In this document: in pieces, positions 25,401-34,349 of the stretch | Layout: every line of letters begins with the position of its first letter | How positions within the stretch are numbered: position 1 is the stretch's first letter | Virus record (IMG/VR): IMGVR_UViG_3300036939_000023 | Location: 1-64,000 of that record | Reading direction: 5' to 3' (one strand) | Source: a virus | DNA length: 64,000 bases | The notes under the pieces: model-generated | Databases searched by the model: none | What the model was told of the DNA's origin: nothing | Seen by the model: the letters and a program-made list of their open reading frames with translations, nothing else | Translations under genes and position numbers: made by a program

Positions 25401-28400
25401 TTAGTAATATTCAATTTAATCCTAAAAATATATTAGATGGATTAAAGAAAATACCAGAACAGTTACAATACAACCTCAAATATGCACAAAGTTATGGTAA
25501 ATATTTTACTAAACTATTAGAAACAGATATTAAAGGTTTAGTACCTAAGATAGACGTTAATAAGTTTAAAGAGGAAGCTGTAATAGCCACTAGCAATGTA
25601 GTTAGTACTATTCAAAATAAATTTAAAGACTTAAAAATTACTAACTTTGATGGAATACTAAATGGATTACAACAAGGCTTAAGTAAAGTATTAGACGTAG
25701 ATTTAGCTAAGTTTCCTAATAAATTAAGTAATAATTTTAATAATTTAACTAATAGTATTGGTAAGTCATTTAGTAGCTTAACTACCAATGCTAAACAATT
25801 ATCTAACAACATTACTAATGCATTAAGTATTAAACTTAAGGCTCCTAATTTTGTTGAAGCTTTAACAGATAATTTTAATAAGTTAAATAATAAAGCTAAA
25901 GAAGTATTTAGTAATATCACTAAAACAGTTAATGATTTAAGTAATAAATTTACTAGTAGTAAGTTATTTACTAATTTTAGTAATCAATTGACTGAACTAA
26001 ATAGTAAAACTAAATCTACATTTACTAATCTAAGTAGTTCCTTAACTAATAGTTTTAAGGGTATTAATATAAAACCATTAACAGATAGCTTTAGTAATGT
26101 AGGTAAAATAGTTAGTGCTAATTTTAATATTGCAACTAGCAGTATTGGTGCATTTAGTAATAGCTTAACTGATAGTTTTGCTAAGACTAAAGTTGGTAGT
26201 ACTTTAATACCTATTCTTAGTGGAACAATGAAAGGATTAAGTGGTACTTTTGCATTAGCTGGTAATGCTGCTAAATTAATGTGGACTAGCATATTAGCTC
26301 CTGCACTACCTATTATTGCATTAGTAACCGCATTAGGAGTAATTAGGGATTTTATACCTGCATTTGGTAGTGTTACTGAAGCTGGTGATAAATTTGCTAA
26401 AAGTACTTATGAAATAGGTAAAGCTACTAAATCTAGTGGTAAAGAATTAGACAGTTTAATACAAAAAAATAAAGAACTTAAAGGTGAAGCTACTGCTCAG
26501 TTAGATAGTTTTAGTGCTAAAGCATTAGATATTGTAGGTAATGTAATTAATGGATTACAAAAGTTAGTTAGTTTCTTATTAGATAAAATGAGCTTTGGAT
26601 TACTAAAACCATTTACTAAGATGTTAGATGGATTAGGAGATATAGCTCAAAAAAGTCTTAAAGGTTTAGCTAATGATGTAGAAGCTAATTTTGATGCTAA
26701 AGCTGTTACTCAAATGAATAAAGAGATTGGTGAAACATCATTATATGTAGCTAAATTAAAGAAAGAAATTAAAGGTTTTAATGAAAATAATGTATTACCG
26801 ATAGATGTACTAAAAGAAGAAACAACTAAAGCTAGAAAGTACTATTTAGAGTTTGCTACTGAAGCACAAAAGACTATTGATAGTTTAGGTAATAGTGAAA
26901 AAGATGAAGTACTTAAGAAACAAATAGAAGCTCAAGTAAAAGCAACTAAAGAAAGTTATGAAAAGATAGCGGCTATTACTAAAGAAAATGAAGATATAGT
27001 TGCTAAAGCTACTTTAGAAAAACGTACATTAACAGCAGCAGAAATACAGAAACTAAATGAAGGTGAAACTGCTGCATTTGCTAGTAAGAAAGAAACTATT
27101 ACTCAAGAAATAGCATTATTAAATACACGATATGAAGAAGCTAAGAAAATAGATGCTGCTAGTGCTGAAGGTTATAAAAAACAAATAGATGCATTAAATG
27201 AACAAGTAACTGCATTAGATAATACAGCTAAGAAATTACAAGAACGAAGAAAAGTACTTAACGATTTTACTAATGAGATAAATAAGAATATTACAGATAT
27301 TGGTGAAGTAGGTAAAGGTGCTACTAAAGAATTTGAAGAAATGACAGCAGCATTAGATAAGAATGCTAGTAAATCTACTGGAGCTAGAAAACAAGCATTA
27401 GAAGATACATCGACTCAAGTTAAAAGTTTTGAACAAAATATTAATGATATTGAAAACTATGCTGAAAAGATTAAGAACACTCAAGGTAAAATTACTAACT
27501 TTCAAACTCAAACATTAAATAGTTTACTTAGTAATACTAAAGCTATTGGATTACAATTGGATGATGCATTAAATGATAGCTTTGAACCAAGTGAGTTTCA
27601 AGGAAGAATACAAAGTTGGTTAGAAGTAAGTCAAGAAGCAATGGAAGAATTTCAAGATCCAGAATTAGTTAAAAATACTATTAAACAAATAGAAGAAACA
27701 CAAGTAACATTTATAGATGCTACTGGACAAACTATTAAAACTACATTAGATAAAACATTAACTAAAGAACAGTTAAGAGAATTTATTAATTTAAAGTTAG
27801 CTGTAATTGATAAAGAGTTAGAAAATAAAGTTAGTGATATAGAAGATAAGAAAAAAGACTTACAAGATGCATTAGATTTAGGAACTATTGACAGTAGTAC
27901 TAGTATAGAAGGTACTAATAAATTAAATAGTGAACTACGAGAAGTACAACAAAAAAGTAGTGAAGATAAATTAACACTTATTGAAAAAGAGTTTGGTAAA
28001 GAAAGTAAAGAATATAAAGATCATTTTAAAACTTTAAAAGAATTACAAGTACAACATAAAAAAGACATCATTAAAGAACAAGAAGACTTATTAACTGCTA
28101 GATACAATAAGCAACAACAAGCATTTAATAAAGAAAAAGCAATTGCTGAGAAAGCACTTAATGATGGCAGTACTGATAAAGAATTAGAAGATATTGATGC
28201 ATTAAATGTAAAAGAAACTGAATTAAGAGTAGCTAACTTAAAAGAACAATTAGAACTAAATAAAGGTAATGCTGAGAAACGATTAGAAATAGAACAAGAG
28301 TTATTAGAAGCTACTAGTGAGTTAGATAAAAAACGTAGAGATAGTAAACAAAATAGTTTAGATAGAGAACTAGAAGCAGCTACTAATAAGTTAGATAAAG

Positions 28401-30823
28401 AAAAACAGTTATTAGAGAAAAGTACTATTAAAGGAAGTACTGATAGTGATTTAGATAAAGTAGCCGCATTAGAAGAAAAAGAACTTAAATTAAGAGCTGA
28501 GTATATTCAGAAACAGTTAGCTACTAAACAAAAAGGTAGTAAAGAAGCTATTGCATTAGAAGAAGAATTAGCAGGTGTACTAACAACTATTGAGAAGAAT
28601 AGATTTGAACAAAGTCAAAAGTTATTAGACAGAAAGTATGAGAAACAGAATGATGCATTAATTAAAGAAAAAAGATTAGCTAATAAAGCTACTAGAGATG
28701 GTACTACTAATGAAGAATTAGATAAGTTAGATGCATTAAATAATAAAGAATTACAGTTAGATATTACTAAGTTAAAAGAAAAAGCTAGTTTATATAAAGC
28801 TGGTAGTAAAGAAAGATTAGCTATTGAAAAAGAGTTAGCAGCTAAAATTGATGCATTAGAAGAAGCAACTGTTAATCAAGCTAAAAACAGACGTAAGAGA
28901 GTATTAGACGATAAGTTAGCAAAAATAGATTTAGAAAATGTTCAACTAGAAAAAGCATTATATGAAGGTAGCAAAACTAGAGAACAATTAGAAGATGGGC
29001 AAAATGCTAACACTAAAAAACAGTCATTAGAAAGACAAAAGTATTTACAAGGTGAACTTAAAGTACTACAAAAAGGTAGTAAAGAATATGTTGAAACTCT
29101 TAAGCAATTAGGACAAGAACAAGTTAATTACCAAAAAGCAGTAATTAATGAACAAGTTGTAGCATTAAATAGAAGCTTAGAAAAACAGAAGAATAGTATA
29201 CAAGCTAATATTAATGAACTAACTAAATACACTAACAACTACGACAACTTAATTAAGTCATTAGAAATAGAAAAAAGTATTAGAGAAAGTAACAATAACT
29301 TTATTAAAGAGACTAATAATTTAGATATTAGTTCAATGGAGTTACGACTTAAAACTGTTGGAGATATTGTACAAAAAGCAGAACTACAGTACGAAATAAC
29401 TAAAAAACAAAATAGCATTAAAGCACAAGAATTAGATACTGAACTAAACAATTTAGAAGTACAAAATGAAGTAAATAAAGCTACTAGAGAAAGAGAAAAA
29501 ATACAACAAAATCTAAACAAATTAGAGTTAGAGCGTAATATACTAACTACTACTAATCAAATAACAGTAGCTAAATTAAATAAAGAAAGTAGTAATACTA
29601 TTACTGCATTAGAGTTACAGTTAGATAGCTTAAATGAACAAAATAGAATGCTAGGTGCTAATAATCAATTAACAGATAAGCAAGCAATAGCAGATGATAA
29701 AAACTTAGAGAATCAAAAGAAATTAATACTTAGAAGAAAAGAACTAAATACTGAAAGTGCAAATATTGATGAAGCATTAGCTAAACAACAAATAGAAATA
29801 GCCTTATATGATAAACAACTTCAACAGTTAAATATTAAAAATAAAGTATTAGAAAATAGTGCAACGTCTCAGACAGCTTTAAATGACCGTTTAACAAAGG
29901 CTTATGAAAGACAAGCAAATATACTAAACACTCAGAAAAGTGTCTTAGAAGGGCTTAGAGGAGCAACTGAGAGTACTTTACAGCTAGCAATGGCTGGAGC
30001 TAAAACTGATGAACAAAAAGAAGCATTACAGCAACAATACAATGCTGTTAGATTACAAATATTAGATAAACAACAAAAAGCAGATTTAGCATTATTAGAT
30101 ATGCAAACTAAACAAAATAAGCTTGCATTACAAAGACAAGAAATAGAAAATAATATTGCTAAAACTAAACAAACTGCCCTAATACTAGAAGCTGAAATAG
30201 AAGAGAAGAAAGTACTAGCTCGTAAAGATGCAACAGAAGAAGAAAAACAATTAGCTGCATTAAATGTAAGTGCTGCTCAACAATCATTAGTAGCATTAGA
30301 AGAACAAAGTAAATTCTTAGAACAACAAAAGAAAGATCAAGAATACATTGATAAGTTAAATAGAAATACTAAAGTTAGAGAACAAGAAGTAGCAGTATTA
30401 CAAGAACGTAGTAATATAGCAGCTACTACTAAAGATACTACTGATGATGCATTAGTAGCTAATGATGCTTACACTAGCTTTACTAAGAACTTAAAGAAGA
30501 TAAATGATTTTACTGATAAATTTAAACCAACAGTAGAAGAACCAACAGCTAACGAAATTAAACCATTTAAGAAAATTGAATTAGATACTAAAGACTTAAA
30601 AGTTACAGTACCTAAAATTGAAATAAAACAAGATAAAATTAGTACTATTGAAACTAAACAAGCAAGTACTACACAACAACCTAAAATTGAAATAGTTGTT
30701 AATGCTAAAGCTGAATTCACAGGTACTATGGATAAATCAGTAATACCAGATCTTAAAAAGGAATGGAATAATCAAGCAAATACAATAGCTATTGAAGTTC
30801 AAAGGAGATTACCTAAAAGATAA
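22439..30823 (+). CDS. tail tape measure protein (2794 aa)
   Basis: Giant ORF downstream of the chaperone. Ala/Gly/Ser-rich helical N-terminal part, two hydrophobic segments (IGAIMMFNMGLEKAMGVIGALVGILGSLAAVSG; ILAPALPIIALVTALGVI), and a long Lys/Glu coiled coil with tandem repeats. Confidence 0.85.
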   Translation: MSYSAASEAKINLRFESDTDGIERTKKSWQGLTTALKDTTNLDSAKSAIDNTIYSVENLGNSFVNTAATLGNTPLSIENRLTGITTGFEKLEDVAGNRIAKKVFPDLIEQLSGFTAKGDPLYKLVGDLNEETTNFDKSLVLVSKSSKGLLVGIDKLQAGVGSLEKSFNALGIQSEFVSAGFSKVKLALGVSENLVQLADISYKTREAFEDFQATFSEFATAIAPVGSALAVVAKETVNLDAPLQDLTTIFGTTEAAAKLFGNTTLAAFAKLGFQATVITNIAIGLGKVGDAVDQLMKQWNELYRGFETMQTLGVDTTFAELATSLGATGEKILFNVQATKQLISTATQAYTQLEESVAYVRTLSSGAEYSVPELTASLQDLANNGVGNAIKSGELAISVYNNLSAGIGAAAGKIGEALEVSATAAKYSSATSGNLDDIQKALNFTSQAYGRSAAESAKTMELLDKIVQQGVTNSQELGANIGGLAATAASTGNSIESTFAATALATRTLGADAYTAIQRLYTSLSSMAPQSKKALDELGFTINAEVLKTKDMTTLMQELYNAAGGNVEKLQEIIPESLAFRGALSLMTTSVSDAQTVISDFGNVTGNAVDEMFDRSQQTIAKRSQALANGFQEVFANAGQKIVNSGFFDAGLSAVEGLLDRFKNLPEPIQNAIGAIMMFNMGLEKAMGVIGALVGILGSLAAVSGTIIGFYRGGAFLSGLTKGFQSAGEGANLLTKGLSAIQGGLKEAIGLSVKLTDKGFRPVLDANNEFVKSTEGVRNSISNSFNNVKEKVDKVTASFGKSFDTLKDGSKTVTKAVGETLSTTGKVFADVSKNLSGVYEGLNTTTLTNFANVVKSSVATVTGSVESISKGSNIAISKAFENARYQATLGTKYYSDLNPEVAKYIGLNLKQLPVIQNVTNAFDKFKNSISSTITTTKNFFGNFKSLDMLKDSVLDTTENLTKNFKGIGNKLKDVLTTDLKSINFKELFSNIQFNPKNILDGLKKIPEQLQYNLKYAQSYGKYFTKLLETDIKGLVPKIDVNKFKEEAVIATSNVVSTIQNKFKDLKITNFDGILNGLQQGLSKVLDVDLAKFPNKLSNNFNNLTNSIGKSFSSLTTNAKQLSNNITNALSIKLKAPNFVEALTDNFNKLNNKAKEVFSNITKTVNDLSNKFTSSKLFTNFSNQLTELNSKTKSTFTNLSSSLTNSFKGINIKPLTDSFSNVGKIVSANFNIATSSIGAFSNSLTDSFAKTKVGSTLIPILSGTMKGLSGTFALAGNAAKLMWTSILAPALPIIALVTALGVIRDFIPAFGSVTEAGDKFAKSTYEIGKATKSSGKELDSLIQKNKELKGEATAQLDSFSAKALDIVGNVINGLQKLVSFLLDKMSFGLLKPFTKMLDGLGDIAQKSLKGLANDVEANFDAKAVTQMNKEIGETSLYVAKLKKEIKGFNENNVLPIDVLKEETTKARKYYLEFATEAQKTIDSLGNSEKDEVLKKQIEAQVKATKESYEKIAAITKENEDIVAKATLEKRTLTAAEIQKLNEGETAAFASKKETITQEIALLNTRYEEAKKIDAASAEGYKKQIDALNEQVTALDNTAKKLQERRKVLNDFTNEINKNITDIGEVGKGATKEFEEMTAALDKNASKSTGARKQALEDTSTQVKSFEQNINDIENYAEKIKNTQGKITNFQTQTLNSLLSNTKAIGLQLDDALNDSFEPSEFQGRIQSWLEVSQEAMEEFQDPELVKNTIKQIEETQVTFIDATGQTIKTTLDKTLTKEQLREFINLKLAVIDKELENKVSDIEDKKKDLQDALDLGTIDSSTSIEGTNKLNSELREVQQKSSEDKLTLIEKEFGKESKEYKDHFKTLKELQVQHKKDIIKEQEDLLTARYNKQQQAFNKEKAIAEKALNDGSTDKELEDIDALNVKETELRVANLKEQLELNKGNAEKRLEIEQELLEATSELDKKRRDSKQNSLDRELEAATNKLDKEKQLLEKSTIKGSTDSDLDKVAALEEKELKLRAEYIQKQLATKQKGSKEAIALEEELAGVLTTIEKNRFEQSQKLLDRKYEKQNDALIKEKRLANKATRDGTTNEELDKLDALNNKELQLDITKLKEKASLYKAGSKERLAIEKELAAKIDALEEATVNQAKNRRKRVLDDKLAKIDLENVQLEKALYEGSKTREQLEDGQNANTKKQSLERQKYLQGELKVLQKGSKEYVETLKQLGQEQVNYQKAVINEQVVALNRSLEKQKNSIQANINELTKYTNNYDNLIKSLEIEKSIRESNNNFIKETNNLDISSMELRLKTVGDIVQKAELQYEITKKQNSIKAQELDTELNNLEVQNEVNKATREREKIQQNLNKLELERNILTTTNQITVAKLNKESSNTITALELQLDSLNEQNRMLGANNQLTDKQAIADDKNLENQKKLILRRKELNTESANIDEALAKQQIEIALYDKQLQQLNIKNKVLENSATSQTALNDRLTKAYERQANILNTQKSVLEGLRGATESTLQLAMAGAKTDEQKEALQQQYNAVRLQILDKQQKADLALLDMQTKQNKLALQRQEIENNIAKTKQTALILEAEIEEKKVLARKDATEEEKQLAALNVSAAQQSLVALEEQSKFLEQQKKDQEYIDKLNRNTKVREQEVAVLQERSNIAATTKDTTDDALVANDAYTSFTKNLKKINDFTDKFKPTVEEPTANEIKPFKKIELDTKDLKVTVPKIEIKQDKISTIETKQASTTQQPKIEIVVNAKAEFTGTMDKSVIPDLKKEWNNQANTIAIEVQRRLPKR
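27850..29160 (+). repeat. ~4-5 tandem ~90-aa coiled-coil repeats inside the tape measure (approximate bounds)
   Basis: Recurring unit Y.KQ...KEK.l..KA..DG.T..EL..lDAL..KE..L....LKE....GSKE..aiE.EL, seen from about 28090, 28360, 28620 and 28900. Confidence 0.6.
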
Positions 30824-31356
30824 TGTCAATAGTAATTTGTGATAATGTAGCTACTAGAACTAAGATAAGACAGATTAAATTTAAAATACCAATAACAGTA
30901 GATCTTAGTAATTATGATTTACCAGAAAGAGTAATAGAAGTTATTAATGATAATAATTATTTAAGTTTGTTTGTTGAAAGTAGTAAATATAATAAACCTA
31001 ATCGTAATGGTAATAGATTAAGTAGAACCGCTAAAGGTAGTTACTTAGAAACTAAATTAACTGAAGGTGGATTTACAGCTACATTTGATTACGGTGAGTA
31101 TGAAATTATTAAATTACTAAAACAAATAGCAGTAAATAGTTTTAGATTCAAAGAATATATTACTGTACTAGATTATGTAGGTATTGAATACAGTGATAGT
31201 GAATTTACTACTAGGATTGGTGTAATTAGTGAAATACAACATACTGGTAGTTTTGATGGAGATCCAGTAATTGTTAATGGAGTAGAAAAACAATACAAGT
31301 TTGTTGAAGGTGGTTTTACAATAAGTTTTAGTGAGGATCGCATGTACTATGTTTAA
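30823..31356 (+). CDS. distal tail protein candidate (by position)
   Basis: TAATG overlap with the tape-measure stop. Confidence 0.4.
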   Translation: MSIVICDNVATRTKIRQIKFKIPITVDLSNYDLPERVIEVINDNNYLSLFVESSKYNKPNRNGNRLSRTAKGSYLETKLTEGGFTATFDYGEYEIIKLLKQIAVNSFRFKEYITVLDYVGIEYSDSEFTTRIGVISEIQHTGSFDGDPVIVNGVEKQYKFVEGGFTISFSEDRMYYV

Positions 31357-34189
31357 TTTAGTAGGATTACCACTAACAACTGAAGAAGAAATTAAAGCTA
31401 CTACAACAGTACCAGTAACAGAATTAAATAATAATAACAATACAGTTCCATTAGTTAATGTTCAATCTAATACAGTAGAAACTAAAGTATTACAAACAAC
31501 TAAAGAACCTTATAATACTACAACTACTTTACCTGGTAATAGTACTGGTAATGAAATAGTTAGCTTTACTATTAATGATCCTAACTTATATCAAATAGAA
31601 GATATTGAAATTTATGGAAGAAAGTATAAAAAGACTTTTGAAGAAAACTTAGAAGAAGGTATGTTTAGATTAGATCCAGTAACTAATGAATTAAAAATAT
31701 ATTTAAGAAAACAGAATAATTATAGTAACAGTACTAGTGTTAAAGTTAATGGTACTAAAAAGAAACTAACTACTAATGAAGTACCTAACGTTAATGAACA
31801 AACCTTAGTTAGTAATAATTTAGTACCTAGTTTTATTAAAGAATTTAACTTAATTGGTAGTATCAGTATTAGTAGAGGATTTCAAGATCATCCGAGTTGT
31901 AGTTTTAATTTATTAGCAGATGAAGAAAGTATTGAAGACATTGAGAGTTTGTTTAATGCACATCGTTATGAAAGCTTATTTAAAAAGAAATTTGTATTTT
32001 ATGGTATTCCATTTAGAATTAGAAGCTTTACTAGAACAGAAAGTAAAGAAACTGAAAGTCCTAATGGTGAATATAAAATAAGTGTAAATTTTGAAGGTTG
32101 GTACAGATATTTAATTGATAAATCAGTAACAATTAGACCTGGTACTAATATTGACCCTAATGCACCTAATTTTACTGAATGTAATATTAATGCTAATAAA
32201 AAACCAACTACTACAACTATTGGAAGTAATACTGATGTTAATAAGATTAGGATTAGTTTAGGTGAATTAGGCAGTAGATCTGGCATTACTTATACTGGTA
32301 GTCAACATTTCTTTGAAGTAGATAAGAATACTCCTAATGATGCAGTAACTACATTCAGTAGTGAGTTAAATAGATTACTACCTAGTTTTAGTGAATATGC
32401 AATTTACTCATTATCTAATGGAGTTACTACTAAAAAATGGAATAGTGTTAATAACTTTCAAATAGATGAATCAGATATATTATCCGAATGTGGAGTTAAC
32501 TATAATGCTGAAAAAGTTACTTATGCTCCTGGTACTTTAAGTTGGAAAGATAACAATAGAGATAACAGTACTGATTCTAGTGAAGATACTTATAACAACA
32601 AAGCTCCAGAATTTGAATACAAGCCACCTCAAATTACAGTAGTAGTTACTGGTGATCCTAAACCTACTGAACCTCCAGCCAATGTAAAAATAATTCAAAC
32701 ACTGGATATGAATTATGATCAAAGTGGAGAAAAGAAAGTAGAAATTACAACAACTTACGAAGGCACTACTGTAATTAAAGAAGTTACTAAAACTTATGGG
32801 TTAGCTTATAATGCTAATCAAATTTACAGTAATAACAAGTTATATGGTAATGCTGCTAATTACTGGGTAGTTGTTGAAGAAGTAACTACTAATTATTTAT
32901 ACGATAAAGATACTGGTTACTATTTAGGTAACAACGTAACTGGTAAAAAGCTTGTTAGATTTATTCAAGAAACTGATGAATTAGAAACAGTTAAGTTTGC
33001 TACTAGTAGTGATGCAGTAGAGATAGCTAAATTTGCAGCAATGAAGTTTAGATATATTCCAATTACTGGACATACTAGATACTTACTAAGACAGCATAAA
33101 GATTACTATAAAGACCAAGCATTTAAACATCCTTATATTATTTATCCTTGGTGTACTAATGCTGGTAAATTAACTTATTTAACACTTAAAGATCCTACTT
33201 ATGCTGACGATATGTTTGTAGGTAGAGAAGAAACTTATAAACATTGCTTTGCTAGTATACCTAATCCTGAAAACTTAAGTAATCCTGAAATTAAATTACC
33301 ACCATTAACTACTGGAGAAATTTATTACAATTCAGTAGTTACTAAAATATGTGCTAGTAAAAGTGTATATGAAAGTGGTACTCCATCAATAATTGTAGAT
33401 GAAATTATAGGTAAAGATTTTGATAATCCTGAAGAAAGATATATCACATATACTAAACAATATTCAGCTCAAGACACTAATTTTAGAAATAGCTTAGAAG
33501 ATATTAGAAGTGAAACAGTTAGCGGTAGACCTGGTGTAGCACAACGTAAACCTTCTGATTATATTGCTGTAACTGATGAAAGTCAAGATCCACTACAATT
33601 AAACTCATTAAGTGGTGGAAGTATTATTACTACTAAATTAAGAGAAACTAAGGTAAATAAAAGGGGTAGCAATAATGATTTACAATACATTGCTTATACT
33701 GTTCCTTATACTTCAACAGATCCAGTTACTACTAGCTATTCATTTGAAGCTGCAAATAGTTTTAATACTGCATTAGAAGCATTAACTACTCAACTTAATA
33801 TACAAAAAACACAACAAGAAGCAACATTAAATATTACTACTTTATTTAATATATATTTAATAGAAGGTTATAGATATAGTTTTAGTTATAGAAATAATAG
33901 CTACTTATGCAGAATACTTAGTATTAATCATTCATTAGTTATTGAAGGTGTTAATGAATTTAATGAGTTAATAGTTACTGGTACTACTACAGTTCAATTA
34001 GGTATTGAAGGTTTTGGTAGTTTAAATTATTACACTAAACGTATTAAAAATAATGATAATCCAGATGCTACAGATCCTAATAGTAATACTGTAAATATTT
34101 GGAATCCACATTATGTAGGTAAAACGTTAGGTACACTTATTGATATAGCAGCAACTTATGGTAATAGTAGAGGAACATTTACAATCTAA
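31331..34189 (+). CDS. baseplate hub / tail-associated large protein candidate
   Basis: 952-aa ORF after the Dit-like gene. The more likely start is ATG 31349 (MFNLVGLPL). Confidence 0.45.
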   Translation: MRIACTMFNLVGLPLTTEEEIKATTTVPVTELNNNNNTVPLVNVQSNTVETKVLQTTKEPYNTTTTLPGNSTGNEIVSFTINDPNLYQIEDIEIYGRKYKKTFEENLEEGMFRLDPVTNELKIYLRKQNNYSNSTSVKVNGTKKKLTTNEVPNVNEQTLVSNNLVPSFIKEFNLIGSISISRGFQDHPSCSFNLLADEESIEDIESLFNAHRYESLFKKKFVFYGIPFRIRSFTRTESKETESPNGEYKISVNFEGWYRYLIDKSVTIRPGTNIDPNAPNFTECNINANKKPTTTTIGSNTDVNKIRISLGELGSRSGITYTGSQHFFEVDKNTPNDAVTTFSSELNRLLPSFSEYAIYSLSNGVTTKKWNSVNNFQIDESDILSECGVNYNAEKVTYAPGTLSWKDNNRDNSTDSSEDTYNNKAPEFEYKPPQITVVVTGDPKPTEPPANVKIIQTLDMNYDQSGEKKVEITTTYEGTTVIKEVTKTYGLAYNANQIYSNNKLYGNAANYWVVVEEVTTNYLYDKDTGYYLGNNVTGKKLVRFIQETDELETVKFATSSDAVEIAKFAAMKFRYIPITGHTRYLLRQHKDYYKDQAFKHPYIIYPWCTNAGKLTYLTLKDPTYADDMFVGREETYKHCFASIPNPENLSNPEIKLPPLTTGEIYYNSVVTKICASKSVYESGTPSIIVDEIIGKDFDNPEERYITYTKQYSAQDTNFRNSLEDIRSETVSGRPGVAQRKPSDYIAVTDESQDPLQLNSLSGGSIITTKLRETKVNKRGSNNDLQYIAYTVPYTSTDPVTTSYSFEAANSFNTALEALTTQLNIQKTQQEATLNITTLFNIYLIEGYRYSFSYRNNSYLCRILSINHSLVIEGVNEFNELIVTGTTTVQLGIEGFGSLNYYTKRIKNNDNPDATDPNSNTVNIWNPHYVGKTLGTLIDIAATYGNSRGTFTI

Positions 34190-34347
34190 TGGACAACGAA
34201 AAAGTAATTAAAGAACTATTAAATATATTAAATTCAGTTAGTACTTATAAAAGTGGTAATAATGTGTTTCTTAGTGACGGTAATAGTTTTCCATTACCTC
34301 AACTAACTACAACAATATTAAATAGTAATAGTAAATCTTATAGGTAA
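34189..34347 (+). CDS. hypothetical small protein, 52 aa
   Basis: Hand-translated: MDNEKVIKELLNILNSVSTYKSG... TAATG overlap upstream; fills the gap before the fibre gene. Confidence 0.4.
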   Translation: MDNEKVIKELLNILNSVSTYKSGNNVFLSDGNSFPLPQLTTTILNSNSKSYR

Positions 34348-34349
34348 CC

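Noticed and set aside
25612-30720. Minus-strand ORFs inside the tape-measure gene (25612-25920, 25984-26292, 29239-29520, 30469-30720)
   Set aside because: Leu/Ser/Phe-rich antisense shadows of a Lys/Glu/Asn-rich coding strand. They lie wholly inside a clearly coding 8.4-kb ORF.
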